Assembly: GCA_044892505.1 (NCBI GenBank)
Contig: CM097883.1
Coordinates: forward strand, 186,062,001-186,126,000
Length of the DNA stretch: 64,000 nucleotides
Direction: 5' to 3'
Source: Schmidtea nova
Taxonomy: Eukaryota
Position 1 is the stretch's first letter, and each line of letters opens with the position of its first letter. The notes beneath the pieces were generated by a model, which did not search any database, had not been told where the DNA came from, and saw only the letters and a list, made by a program, of their open reading frames with translations. The position numbers and the translations under genes are program-made. Below, one piece after another: positions 38,901-52,563 of this stretch.

Positions 38901-41013
38901 ACTTTAAATAACACCATATTTCTTGTGGCGTATACACATATAAAAGCTTGCAGTATTTGAATCTGGTAAGTACCATTCTGGTGGTTGATATTTTAAGAAA
39001 TACTTTTTTTATTATTTGTTATTTTAATATTAAAAATATATAAAAAAAAAGTTATTACATTAAAGTATTTTAAAACACCATGGTGTTATATTTGAATAAA
39101 ACACCAGAGTGGTCTTATATTCAAACATAACACCATGGTGTTATTTTCGGGTTAAGGTGGTAGGTATTTGCAATTTTGGCATTAATATAAATATTAACTG
39201 CATATACTTTAAAATTATTTCAGTATATAATATTCAAATTATATATAATTAATTTAATTAGTTTTAATTTAACCCTTTAAGAACGGGATTTTTAAAAGAA
39301 TGTTTTTAAAAAAATAAGTGTTTTTTATTCAAAAGTTTAATTTTGTATGATAAAGTTCAAAACAATGAACATCACACAACCCAACATCACAATTATTACA
39401 TTCAAATCTTGATCGCTTATTTGCATGTTGTTTTGATCCTGTTGTACAAACTATGCATTTTCTTTGGCCGGTAGTGTTTTGATTGTTCTTTTCAATGTAG
39501 GAAGAAAAGTGTCTTGAAGATAAACGAAGAGGATTAGATATTCTTGGTCTACCAACACTTGTTTTACGCATTGAACCGTATTTGGTGAAAATTTGTTCAA
39601 TAATATCAAGTTTATATTTAGTAAATGATAAATTTACTGGATTTATCATTCTGTATATTGTGTATGCATCAAAATCTTTTTAATTTTTTCAAAGTAGGTA
39701 ATGCTATATATCAAAATATGCATCTTTTAATTATCTTTCAAACGATTCCTAAATAAAAAAATTGTTAATCCGTTCTCAAGATATTTGAGTTACTATATAT
39801 AATACGCCCGTCCTGAAAGGGTTAAAATGGGTTTTGAAACTCCTTTTAATAATAATACTTATTACCTGTACTAAGATATATTGTGACAGAAAAATGATTA
39901 TAATAAATTACATACAATAAAATAATTAATCAAATATAATTTTGTCTATTTTAATCTTTATTAATTAAACTTCACATGCATTGACTTAATATTTTAATAA
40001 AACCTTATTAACTAATTAAATTTAATCTACATTTCAATTAATGCACGAAGTATTATAATTAAATAGAATTAACAAAATAAACAATTACCCTTTATGTAGA
40101 TATCTCGCTACCGTCCTTGAAGTAATTTCATAAACTTTAATTATAGCATCATCTCCTCCTGTTACAAATCTTTGAGAGTCGCCACTTATAGATATGCAAA
40201 GAATTTGATTCAGTTTTGATTCATTTTGTTTTGGATCTTTTATTGATGTAAAATAATATTCTTTCCATTCTCTGATTAACCTGCTTCTTATATTGGCACT
40301 AGTATAATGCCATAACCTAATATAACCAGACGCATCTAAACCGAAGTCAAAATTTCACAAATACTAAAACTACATTTACATGATGCTAATAAAAAATGTT
40401 TTGTTTCATTTGCTCCTTGTTTCTCAAAAGTCATGAATTCCATATGGGTCACGGGATATGTTTCTGATGACGCCTTGAGATTGTTCACTAAGTAGCTATT
40501 TTCGACATTATCGGTTGAATAAAACTAAAATTATTGGAAACTAATTAAATAATAATTATTTAATCACTAATTAATTGTATTAATAAACTACAAAAATTTG
40601 ACAAACGTGGAATGACACTTATAATATTATTTTCTTTTTACCAATATCATCTAAAACAAAATATCTATTCACCCAAAAATGATGCTGCCAATTTATATTC
40701 AGTCGAATATGTCTGTAAACTCTACAATCGACAAGTAAAGAAAATTCTATGCGTTTTCCAAGTTGAATCAAAAATTTATTTACTAAAAAAATATCAATTA
40801 CTGCAGGAGCAAGTTAAAAATTCATTACCAATTTTTACATAAGATCTACTTTTGTCAACAAAAATTTTCCGCGATTTATTTTTTCAAAGATTTAGCATAA
40901 GAAAAGTAAAAATATACATATAGTAAGTAAATCAAAATATAAATTATTACTTAAAAGTATTAAACTGAATTTAGTGGTAAATTAACATGAAAATCATATC
41001 AGGAGAATATTTT

Positions 41014-41098
<85 letters not shown>

Positions 41099-43123
41099 CA
41101 CACGGTGTAATATTTTGTAAAAATACATATATTTTTAATAGTTTAATAGGTTTATATAATGACACTTGTTCATACGTACGACTAGGGCCGCAACAAGGTA
41201 TGTTGGCGTGGTCCTGTGCCAGGGTGTCAGGAAAAATACGCCACCTCTTAACAGTTAAATTTATTTTAGCCTAAATGNNNNNNNNNNNNNNNNNNNNNNN
41301 NNNNNNNNNNNNNNNNNNNNNNNNNNNNNNNNNNNNNNNNNNNNNNNNNNNNNNNNNNNNNNNNNNNNNNNNNNNNNNNNNNNNNNNNNNNNNNNNNNNN
41401 NNNNNNNNNNNNNNNNNNNNNNNNNAAAAGTAAAAATGGTTGGACAATTAATACTCCCACTCAATTACTTGCTGTTCCTGAAGGCCTGTCGCCATGTGCC
41501 TTGAACCCCTTGTACCCGGTTTGGACAATTCTGAATACGTCACGTGCACTTCTTATTTTATAGTGTTGAATAGTTGTTGAAAATCGTAAATTAGAAGGGA
41601 ATATGAGACTTATTATATATTATTGGCGATCGACGTTATTAATTTGATTTTTATGTTTCTTGATGCTTATTTCATATTTAATTAATTAATTATTTAAAGA
41701 AATTGGTATTTTTTATAATTTTACGTTACATTTAAAATGAATATTAATTAAAAAAATTACCAATAATTAAAATAAAAATTTTTACAATCATGTGTAAACG
41801 TAAATAATTTCTTTGAAAACCGTTTTTAATACCGGTAGTGGATTCCCTATTTGGAAATATGCTCATTTAAAAAATTCTTTGAATTTAGTTTTTTTGTTGA
41901 AACATTTAAAAAGAAAATATGTTTTAAAGTTTTCTATGATTTACTGTGTCAGAGGAATTTCTTATGGATCTATTATTATTTCTTTGTTATTAGCCGTGAA
42001 ATTTTATAATTGCTTGGAACATGACTTTTTCTTGGAAGAATATGAACATTTTGTAAACCTTTAGAATAGAAATTAATGTTGGATGTGAGCACGTATTGAC
42101 CCTCGTTGAAACTTATTATAATATCTAAAAATTGAATTTTACCTTAAAAATCTAGTAGTTTCAGAGTGAATAATATACGAGTGTTAGTGAAGTTAGCGGA
42201 TGATAAAATAGAAAGTTAAAAAGAATCATTTCCATAAAACAATTTTATTTCCAAGAGACGTCAATGAGATATTCTTTGAAATCAGATCCAAGTAAAACAA
42301 TGATATTATTTTCAGCTTTAAGAGAATCAAAGAAAGAAACTGTAATGCTAAAAAGATTATTTCCCTATTTATAGGAGCCAAGAAAACTCCATAAGTATTG
42401 GTGGCTATAATATATGTGTAAATAAATATGCTTGTAATTGCTAAGATTAATTGGGATGTGTTTTAGGGTGGTAAAAAACAAGATTTTTGAGGTTTTAATA
42501 TACCATTTCCGTATTACTTGGTAGGGAATTATAACAGTAGTATTTTAAAAAGACATCTCTGATTTCACTATCATTCTTTTTTTATAGTAAAATGTAACAG
42601 TATATTACTAATTGCATTTTGTGTGAAAATGGGGAAATATTTTGGTTTATAATTTGTGAGATAATGCACATAAGGGGTGTTATAGTGACTCATATTAAAG
42701 CTAAAGATTTTTGCGCCAAAAAAATATTTTTTTAGAAAATTTGTTTGTTAATTCACTAATTTTTTGGTAATAATTTCGAGAAAACCAATATTACATACGG
42801 CTGTGATTAATAATATGATTGTATTTTTTGGCAATTTTAGAATATTTAGATAACAATTTGAAAGGAAGAAAAAAATTTGTTATACAAGGCATTCTAAAAG
42901 AGCATTTGTTATAATTTTCGCTTTATTAAGATCTGTGAGGTTGGACTTCCACTATAGTACTATCGCTAAAACCCACATTCTTAAAACTTTCATTATCCAC
43001 GAAGAAAGCAAATAACACAATTGAAATTTAATACTTACATTTATATTTCCATTTTGAAGACCAACAGCCCATAACGTATGGTCTGGAGTTGTTCGAATAC
43101 AAAACACATTTTCAGTAAAAGTT
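35968..43123 (-). CDS. Host WD40-repeat protein, internal exons 43123-43039, 40524-40380, 40335-~40087, 36319-36128, 36073-35968; termini unresolved
   Basis: GT-AG introns with consistent phases give TFTENVFCIRTTPDHTLWAVGLQNGNIN|FYSTD...FLLASYASGYIRLWH...ILCISISGDSQRFVTGGDDAIIKVYE...KGET...ITAIKYHP...FISASWDNTIQIWDDR...GPHVCGADGIDID...SCSWKREKAVLQ. Confidence 0.85.
37101..38016 (-). CDS. Intronless TPR protein (co-chaperone-type TPR) nested in WD40 intron; interrupted by gap and probable frameshift near 37520
   Basis: LCYSNRAFSLMKLGNYSDALMDCNSAIQYN...LRRINCLMGLDGFTDARSD; AATAAA after 37101; CpG/CCAAT-rich region upstream at 38330-38710. Confidence 0.65.
38805..39160. mobile_element. Tc1/mariner-pogo-type MITE with long TIRs
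   Basis: CCGTCTTAACCCGAAAATAACACCATGGTGTT / AACACCATGGTGTTATTTTCGGGTTAAGGTGG; TA on both sides. Confidence 0.85.
39273..39821 (-). mobile_element. piggyBac deletion derivative retaining the C-terminal cysteine-rich domain
   Basis: TTAA TSDs, TIR CCCTTT(C/A)AG(G/A)ACGGG; ORF 39329-39649 ends CIVC...ECNNCDVGLCDVHCFELYHT. Confidence 0.92.
41015..41095. repeat. (TAA)n microsatellite
   Basis: Direct reading. Confidence 0.95.
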
Positions 43124-43370
43124 CTACAAAATAAAAATTAGATTAAACTTGAATATTTACTGTTAATTTTAAGTTTATTTAATAGAATTAGTAGTTGCCA
43201 GTCAGGGTTCATTGAATCTCTACTGTTCAATGAAAAATTGTTACCAAATACATGTAAATAAATTCCTACAAAACCTTTAACCGATTGATAATGGTTAAAA
43301 GTGAACGAGTTCACCAAAAATATCAAAATATATACTATTTACAAAAAAATATATTAAATGAAACCTTGAC

Positions 43371-43988
43371 CAAGACTGACTTTAGCCGGAAGCGGTGGAT
43401 GTAAAAGTACTTAAAAACTTGGAATTTTAGTCTCTATTTAATGTAAAAAAGCTATTAACAGTTTTTTCTTCAAAAAAAGTTTTAAAGAAATCTTTTTAAA
43501 ATTAAAAAAAAATTATTTTAAACAAAATTTCCTTGAAAAACTACGCACCAACTAGATTTCAAAGTGTTTAAGAATTGTTTAGTTATTTCGCTAAAACAAT
43601 CAATTTTAAATAGCATAATTTATTTAGTTTAGTTATTTAGATTAAAAAGATTAATGTATTTCCTGAAAAAACTATTTTAAAAGTCTAGCAGTTTTATTCA
43701 GTTTTTAATCTGTTCAGTAAGTGCAAACCAATTTTGCTAATAAAAAACAACTTAATATTAAAATTTCGTAATAAAAAAGTGTTCAGTACATGTTTAGTTA
43801 TTTATCGAAATTGAATCATTGTACGGTAAGTATTATTTAAATATTTTTTATCTTTAATTCTAATTTAGAAGTAGTTTTTAATATATTTTTATTACAAATT
43901 TAACATTGCTAATTGAATTACGTTAAGTAAAATTGGCGTCTAAAATGAATTTGGCATCAGGGCGCTACTATTGCTAAAGCCGACCCTA
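43371..43988. mobile_element. hAT-type MITE, same family as 20635-21805, without the nested inserts
   Basis: TIR caagactgactttagc / gctaaagccgacccta; TSD accttgac/accttgat; internal sequence aligns with 21470-21800. Confidence 0.85.
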
Positions 43989-45357
43989 ACCTTGATTTAT
44001 AAATTTTAAAATAAAATATACAAGCTACCACTTGATTACCAATAATCTAAAAATTCAGTTTCGTAAAAATAATTTCAAAATACTTTTTAAAATATTTTTC
44101 ATTATATTTTTCCCATATAAAAAATAACATTTACATTGTTTGTACATTGTACAAATTCAGTTTCGTAAATATAATTTCAAAATATTTTTCATTATATTTT
44201 TCCCATATAAAATATAACATTGTACATTGTTTGGTTAAAATGAAACCTCTATGATTTTAAAATGTTTAAATTTCAAAATTCCAGTTATCAATCTTTTCTG
44301 GACAATGCGAGGAATTCATTTTCATTACTGATATCAGGTGTTGTGACAAAGTATTACGTGTGCTGCTTGTATAAATCGTATGTATGTTTACACTGGTTCA
44401 TTCACATTTAAATCAAAGTTCAGGCTTCATTTCTTTCATAATTAATGACACATTTGTATCAAGTTTAGAAAAATAAGTCATCTACCGACATGGATACTTT
44501 TATCATAACATAAATGTATGACGACTGGGAAGAAAGGAATAAAAAATGCTAAAAAATATTTGAAATCTTTGATTATCTAACTGGTCATTTATTACATTTT
44601 ATAAAATAATCAAAGATTTCTTTGAGACATTTGGTGTTGATTTGCCATTGACCTTTTGAACTTGACTTGAAAATTGCCATCTTCAATTGTTAGAATTAAC
44701 AAATAAAACGTTTTTCCTCAATATATCAAATGTCAACACAGTACATTAAGTTCTCAGTTTCTCGTATAATCTATCTGTTGCAACAGAAGCGTTTGTTTCA
44801 TTAATGATATTCAATATGTTTATTTATTAATTTTTTTTAAAAGCATTTATTACTTTACTTGCTGTAACACATGAAAAATAACGTGATAAACTGACAAAAT
44901 TTAGATTATATGTTTCATAGATCAGGAATTATATTATATTTTAAAAATACATCACTACCGATAAACAATAAAAATTTATATTTTTATTTATTCTAAATAA
45001 TAACAAATAATAAAACGAATTTATATATTACTTAAACACATTAAGTAACATAAAATAACTTAAAAATTAAAAAGAAAGATGTACAAAATTTACGGACGTA
45101 CAACGGTAATTATATAATTTGATTATTATTTCGTAATGAAAGATTTCAATAATGTTNNNNNNNNNNNNNNNNNNNNNNNNNNNNNNNNNNNNNNNNNNNN
45201 NNNNNNNNNNNNNNNNNNNNNNNNNNNNNNNNNNNNNNNNNNNNNNNNNNNNNNNNNNNNNNNNNNNNNNNNNNNNNNNNNNNNNNNNNNNNNNNNNNNN
45301 NNNNNNNNNNNNNACCTTTGATCTTTTTTTATTATTATTATCAATAATTCTCATAAT

Positions 45358-45487
45358 GACTATAGATCAAAATTTTTTTTTTATAAACAATAACAAAATA
45401 TTTCGGCACAGCACAGCACAGCACACTTGATAAAGGCTGTGCCGAAATATTGTGTTATTGTTTATAAAAAAAATTTTGATCTATAGT
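45358..45487. repeat. Near-perfect palindrome between two assembly gaps (foldback element core)
   Basis: Arms ~52 bp (45358-45412 / 45436-45487); related palindrome at 52033-52146. Confidence 0.85.
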
Positions 45488-46260
45488 NNNNNNNNNNNNN
45501 NNNNNNNNNNNNNNNNNNNNNNNNNNNNNNNNNNNNNNNNNNNNNNNNNNNNNNNNNNNNNNNNNNNNNNNNNNNNNNNNNNNNNNNNNNNNNNNNNNNN
45601 NNNNNNNNNNNNNNNNNNNNNNNNNNNNNNNNNNNNNNNNNNNNNNNNNNNNNNNNNNNNNNNNNNNNNNNTTTTCCTAAAATGTGTATATATTGGAACC
45701 GCCATCTATTTGGCGATGACCTTAAAAATATCAATTTTTTAACTTCGTTTAATAATTCCCATTTACTTTGTATATTTGAGATAATTGTGAAATTGGGACA
45801 CGGGAATTCTGACTTGTTATTTATCAATTGGAATTTCTGCATTTCAGTTTGCTTTTTAAAAGTCAAGTTAGTCAAGGAATTTAATAGCAATATAGCGTTA
45901 GATAACACCAATTTACTGATTAGATTCCATTTACATTTCGGCAACTATGACCAAGTGCTTCGATACTCGATTAATACAAAGTGCACACATGTAATAATGC
46001 CCGCGCACACACACAACTATTCACAATTATTTTATTTAAATCTTTAATTTCTAATGAACAGGAGAATTTGGAAAAGAACTCCAGAGTTATTACACTTTTA
46101 GTCGCAAGAACTTTAGACAATTTCAAATATTTCCGCGGTTCCAAAATATAAGGACAATAAATAACTTGTATATAACATCCAAATTGAATAGATATGTCTT
46201 ATAGAATTTATTATATATCAAAACAAACTTTTCACAATTCTTCTAGTTCATTTATTCCTT

Positions 46261-46401
46261 TTCCTTACACTTGTAGCCTTATTTTTTACTTGTAGCCTTT
46301 CCTTATACTTGTAGCATTTCCTTATACTTGTAGCCTTTCATTATACTTGTAGCCTTTCCTTATACTTGTAGCCTTTCATTATACTTGTAGCCGTTCCTTA
46401 C
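46261..46401. repeat. 19-bp minisatellite (ttccttatacttgtagcct) x ~7
   Basis: Direct reading. Confidence 0.9.
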
Positions 46402-46619
46402 TTTAGCTTTAATATATCTTTTGTAATTTTACATAATATTTTCCTTATATTAATATTCGTATATTTAATTTACTTCTAGTCGTTCTTATATTTTTTTATA
46501 ACTCTTATTTACAGATTTCAATATAAGTTAATTGTTTAAAATAGATAATTTTCATATAATAGTTAAAATGTTTTCGACTTTTTTGTCTCTTTTTATATTA
46601 AAATAAAAAGAACTTATGC

Positions 46620-48270
46620 AAGAAATGCGGAAAAAGCGAAATAAAGCAGAATCGGAAAGAAAGCGACAATGTTTGCGGCGGATTTCATGATTTTTCGCTA
46701 AGTCAAAGAGAAAGAATCATCCTCTGAAAATAATAAGATTATTGACACAATTTTGATTCCAAATAGTTCATCAGAAAGTGCATCTGTGAATACTATTTCA
46801 GCTTTAACTAAAGAGCTTACAAGTATGGATGAACTGGGTAATATCCCAACGGTATCACAAACGGAGAATGAAACAGTTGGTAGAGAAAGCCAATACGATC
46901 ATCTAAATTCATCAAATAAAACTGTAGATAATGCTTTGACTATTAGCCCAATCAATGACATCGCATTTCTTAATAAAAATAGTACAATGCAAATGGAAGC
47001 TTTTCTTAAATTTCCCAATTTTGAAATCCCTGAGAACATTTCATCATATGTAGAAAATATTAAATTTCCATTTCCTGTAAGAGACTGGTTGTGTGGTAGC
47101 AAGAAAGACTGACTTTATTTTGTGTTCCATGTTTTCTTAATAAGGCTGAATTGTGCGTATCTGTTCTTGGTAGTCCATTAGGTTTGAATATTGAAAGAGG
47201 TTGTAGAAAATTGAAAGACCGCATACCGAGTCATAAAATTTCAAAAAAAATAAGGGAATTATCTTCATTGGAAGTCAAAAATTAATAATGTCATCAAACT
47301 CCACATTAACCCTTCAACGGCTAGCGTTACTTATATGTAACTCTAAGGAAGAAACTTAAAACCTGAGAACATCGCATTATTATTATTGCGAATGACAAAA
47401 GTAGTCGTTAGTTTGTCGTTAAAAGCTGACGGAACAACATAGTGAATTGAGTTTACCAGTTAGTGCAACCAAATTTTATAAACTAGGTGCTAAATCAAGC
47501 GTAAAGTTTAGAGCGAAGAAAAACGGATAAAATACTTTTAACGGCAAAGGGAGTAGCAGAAAGCTGTGAAATTCATGGTGAGATTCAAACAACACACGAT
47601 CACAAAACACAATCCGATTCTGAGGAACATTACAAAATCGACGTTTTCTTCTGTATTGCTGATCCTGTAATATCTGGATTGCCAAGGCGGTTTAAATCAT
47701 TGCGTGAAATTTACAATTTATTTAAAATTATTTGGATATTTGAAGACTTATCTAAGGAAGAAATAAAAGATTCAGCCAACCGATTATTGGAAAAATACTC
47801 AAAAGAATTTATATTTTTAAAGAATATTTAAAGAACTAATTTTCACATAGATCCATTACCTGAAAATTTACAAAAAAAATTACGTAATTTTTGAAGTGAA
47901 TTTAATACAAGTGTTTCAAATGTGTCAATTACTCTTAGAATATTTTTGAGTCTACCCGTTTCTGTTGCTTCCGTTGAAAGAAGGTGTATTACCTAGAAAA
48001 GAATAAAAAATTATAACAGATCCACAATGTCTCAAGAAAGACTAAAAATATAAATTGTGATTATGCAGAAAAAGTTGATTTTGCAAAAATTAATAAAGAA
48101 TTTGTCAATTCTAAAGCGCGCAAGGAATTTTTAAAATAATTTTAAATTCTTGTTACTTTATATTTTTCTTACGTAATTTTTATAAAATTCGTTTAAAAGT
48201 TTAAAATAAATAGAGGGGTTTGGGCCCCCCCGAAAGGTTTTTTGTGGCCCGGGTTACTATTCTAGCCCGT
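46620..48270 (+). mobile_element. Internally deleted hAT (ZMYM1-like) transposon remnant
   Basis: RDWLCGSK (TTF-type Zn region), YKIDVFFCIADPVISGLPRRFKSL, LRIFLSLPVSVASVER, NRSTMSQERL. Confidence 0.75.
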
Positions 48271-49119
48271 GAATTACACGGAAACACCTCGAAACACATT
48301 TTTAGAAACAGTACTTTGGTAAAAAAAAGTTAACTTTTGACATTTTTTATTTGTCACAATTTATACTGCGACATAAAAACGCTAATAATAACAAATTACT
48401 TTTAATTTTTTATTAACTGAATTTTTTGAAAATTTTAACTAAGATACAAAACACGCATGGTTTTCACTTTGAAAATATTATTTTTTTAATGTTATATATT
48501 ATGGGATTTTCCATATGTTGAAAAATTTTCACCTGAACGAAATGAAATTTTCTATTCCAATATTAGCAAGAAGCAGACGGATTTTTGTTTTTCAAAATCA
48601 GATTGTCTATTCGGATAAATAAAAATGTTGGTAAACGGAAATTTAAGTTTGAACATAAGTAAATTTAATGCTAGTGGACCTCTATCAATTATTACTTATA
48701 CAATTGGATGCTATCTTGTAATTGTATTTTTGTAATTATATTATTTATATTAAACAGGTAAAATATATTTTAATCTAAAAAAATATTATGAAAAATTTTC
48801 AATATTTAAATTCAAACCTTAACAAGCATTATAAAAACAAATAATAATTTCAGTTTTAGTGTTTCATTTTCATTAGGCATAATGCGATTAGTATTTTTAC
48901 TAAATTATTTATTGGTATCATATGAGCAGTTGATTTTGAAAGTGGATGTAGTGCCTTCGTCATATATATATATATTTTAAATTATCGTTATATATTATAT
49001 AAGTATATATATATATTATTAAATTAAATATAGTTTATCTACAAATTGATTTATCGTTGTTTTAATGTTGCAAAAAATGGCAAGCATACAAATTCAAATG
49101 CAAAAAAGGACAGTTTCAT

Positions 49120-49390
49120 TAAATAAAAAGCACCAAGCAAACTGAAATGCGAAGATTAAAGATTCATTAAATAAAAAGCAGCAGGCACATCGAAATTCAA
49201 AGATGTCAGATTTTTAAAATAAAAAGCAGCAAACAAGCTCAAACGCAAAGATGACAATTTCAATAAATAAAAAGCACCAAGCAAACTCAAATGCGAAGAT
49301 AAAAATTTATTAAATAAAAAGCAGCAAGCAAACTCAAACTCAAATACAAAGATGAAAGATTTATTGAATATGAAGGAAGCAAATCAAAAC
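49120..49390 (+). repeat. 48-bp tandem repeat, ~5-6 copies
   Basis: taaataaaaagca.caagcaaactcaaatgc.aagat... repeated at 48-nt spacing. Confidence 0.8.
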
Positions 49391-49585
49391 TCAACGCGCC
49401 GACATTTTTATTATAATAAACGGTCATTATTGATAATAATTTATTTCAGAGTTACTAAAGTGGAGAAAGTCCATTTTGTTAAAAATAAGAGTTGCAGCTA
49501 ATATTCATTAGAAATTAGCTTAAAATTTCTGTTTTTAATCAATTCAATCATATTTTTAAATAACAGTATAAGTTATTTACTAGTA

Positions 49586-49856
49586 CAGTTAGCCCTCGAT
49601 TTACACAGTAGATTGGTTCCTCAAAAATACCGTGTAAATTGAAACGGTACAATTAGTAATTAAATATATATTTTATTGAAAATATATGTGTGTGTTGAAT
49701 ATAAAGTAAAAGAATACATTTTACAAATTTCTTTAATTTCGTGACCATGTTAAATTAAAAAAAGAATGTAATATAAATAGAATATTTCCGCATTTCTTCA
49801 ATCCTATTAAACCAAATTCGTGGAAATCGAGTACCGTGTAAATCGAGGGCTAAATG
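49586..49856. mobile_element. Tigger/pogo-type MITE (271 bp)
   Basis: TIR CAGTTAGCCCTCGATTTACAC / GTGTAAATCGAGGGCTAAATG; TA TSD. Confidence 0.88.
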
Positions 49857-50756
49857 TAATTCATTTTGGTCAATGATATTAATTGTTTGTTGATTTTGAA
49901 ATTGAGGCAAATCCACTCTAAATAACATAATTTTAATAAAAATTGAAATGCGTGCTATGTTAGTTAGTTTCCACAGTCACGGTAGAGCTAACAATCATTT
50001 TTATCATTCTATAAGTTTTGAGAAACTTAAAGTTGAAGGAAGGTGGAAATTAGACACAAAATAAATTAATATGGGTCTTTATAATTATTATAACTTTGTA
50101 ATTTAATGAAGCAGTGAGACCGGTAAGTAAAAATTGTTATAAAGGTAATGCTTGTTACTAGGAATTGATAATGTAACATAGAAATATCTGCTTAACAACC
50201 AATAACAATGTATTACAAGTTATTTTGTGCTGCACCTATTCGGAAAAAGAATGAAGTGTTAAATAAAATAGAAAAGTAAAGAAATAAATTATTCTATTTT
50301 TTATTATAACGGGGTGACCAACCCAAATGATCTTGTGGTCCACTTTCGAAATGCATTACAACTCCGTGGGCCACATATAAAATTATATATCCTCATATTA
50401 AATTTAGATAAACTATTACTCCAGCAGTGTGAAAATAAATAAAATATTCGTATTTAAAAGGAATATGTTTAACGTGTTTAATGTAATATATTATTAAACT
50501 CTACTGAATAATATAACTAGAAATACACGAATTATCTAAACAAAGATTACTACTATAATTATAAACATACTACTAAAAGTTGAAAGTATTTGCATATTTT
50601 TTATAATATTTTATAAGACAATTTCGTAGCATAACTTATAGAGTTGCAGGAAGAAGGTACGTATGCGGAAGAAAATAAAAGATTATTAACATTCATAATT
50701 AAATTTTTTTAAAATATTTTATTTAAGAAACGCCAACAAAGTATAATCAGCATAAC

Positions 50757-51760
50757 GCTATATATTTAGACCAAATATCAGTCTTCTTCAGGCCAGCAAT
50801 CACGATAACAAATAATAACTAGAAAATAAGAAATATTTAAACAAATTAATCAATAATGATCATCTTCAAACTGTAAACATATATTCTTAATAATAAATTA
50901 TTTAGAAATAATTTTCTTTTCATATTGATTTCAAGTATTGATTTCAAGTATTGATTTCAAGAAAAGAGTAAACAAAAAAAAACCTTTTTAAAACACAAAA
51001 TTCAATAAATGAAAATAGTTCTCAAGAAACAACATAATTATACCAAAAACACAATTCCCAACATGCAACACCCAGTTATTTAAACACATTCAAAATATCC
51101 GTGGAATAAGCAATTTTGGCAATGATTTCTGGATTTAAAGATCTAATAAACAATGCCTCACAAGTTACTCCGAATAATTTCTCGAACTTTTTGCAATAAT
51201 CTTAAAAGCAGAGATACCTACCTTTTTACTATCGCTTTTCTTAAAATGATCACTAATATTAGTCAAGTCATTTACTCGGATGTACTCAAAACTCTGGAGC
51301 AGAAATGACCGGAGTTTATTTTTTCTTTAGTTTATTTAATTAATTGAAGTCGTGTTAAAGAAGTTCCAATAATTATATCCTACTGTAAAACGCAGCCTGG
51401 ATTATTGCTGGCCCGAGTCATAAGTCCTTAAGATATACAGGTATCAACATCGAGTAACAACTGAAAATGCACTATAAAACGGTCCTTGAGTCTGTCCTGA
51501 AATGTGTGGAAAATCGCGCACTATATAAAAATATAATGAGAATTTCTTGTACCGACAATCGTACTTGTTATCAAGGCTTTAAAAACCAACAATCGGTACA
51601 TTTATTGATAGCCGAAATGAGAAAAGTTTGTTACTCAGATGTTTATCATTCCAAATAAAATTTTTGTATAAATTGGTTGTTTTTTATATCATGAATTGTT
51701 TCTCGTTTGCAATTTCTTTTTGAGAAAGCTGAAAGTCAACTCTTTTTACGCGTAAATTTA
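50757..51760 (-). mobile_element. Penelope-like element 3' remnant (GIY-YIG endonuclease C-terminus and hammerhead-like tail)
   Basis: CEALFIRSLNPEII and ISDHF...FKII fragments; downstream CCTGAAGAAGACT..GGTC motif. Confidence 0.6.
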
Positions 51761-52303
51761 ACTCGTGATAGTCTTTACTTGAGAATTTTCAATTTAATTC
51801 GGGAAATCTAAGAATTGACTCTTTTTATTTGTGAATTTATAAAATTGAAATTATTTTTTACAAATAAACTTACCAGTTTTTATATAAATTTTGAATAAAA
51901 ATTAATTTTTATTGAAAACTATCATAATTACCTTTTGGTTTCATCTTTGATCTATTTTTATATATAAATCAATAATTTTCATATTAATAATTGTATGACT
52001 ACAACACAATCCGTTTTTTTTGTTAGGAACGATATTTCGGCACAGCCTTTATCAAGTCTGTATTTATATTCGGAAATATACACTTGATAAAACTGTGCCG
52101 AAATACAGTGTAACTAGTAAGCAAAAAAATTTTGATTTATAGTCATACAATTATTAATATAAAAATTATTCATTTAAATTTTATTGAAAAGATTAATTAA
52201 AATTAGAAAATTAAATAAAAAATGAGAAATTTTTTAATGTATTACGGCACTGTAAATGTGATTACATAACAAAAGAAGCAATCACGTAATTAAAAATAAA
52301 GTT

Positions 52304-52563
52304 ATATAGCAGAATCCACTTTGACACAATTAAAAATTTATTAGGTAATCGGAAAAAACGATTGCGCAACGAATTTCCAAAAAATACAAAGTATTACATA
52401 ACACTAAAGTGTTATATAATTTTTGTAAATCCCCTTAAAAATTTTCTTGAGAGGGAATTCAGTGGCTTTTGATGGGTCAGGGGTAAATGACTTGAAATAT
52501 GACTGTGCTGTACCCTTCCTAAATCAGTACAAACATGTACTTCACATAAAATCTAAATGTTAT
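52304..52563 (+). repeat. Left direct repeat (putative 5' LTR, 260 bp)
   Basis: Differs from 59727-59988 by 3 substitutions and 2 single-base indels; followed by TGGTGGGGGT (52566), a possible tRNA-Ala-type PBS. Confidence 0.75.

Noticed and set aside
23614-41274. ORFs with (IY)n or poly-I (23614-23931, 40971-41274)
   Set aside because: Translations of (TA)n and (TAA)n microsatellites.
41170-41520. Possible hAT MITE spanning the gap
   Set aside because: Ends only partly complementary, no TSD recognised, interior is gap.
9812-45944. ORFs containing X runs (9812, 37161, 37190, 41261, 45067-45944)
   Set aside because: Artefacts of N gaps.
46261-46401. CRISPR-like array (also 10044-10281, 49120-49390)
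   Set aside because: Head-to-tail repeats with no unique spacers, no cas genes, eukaryotic context.
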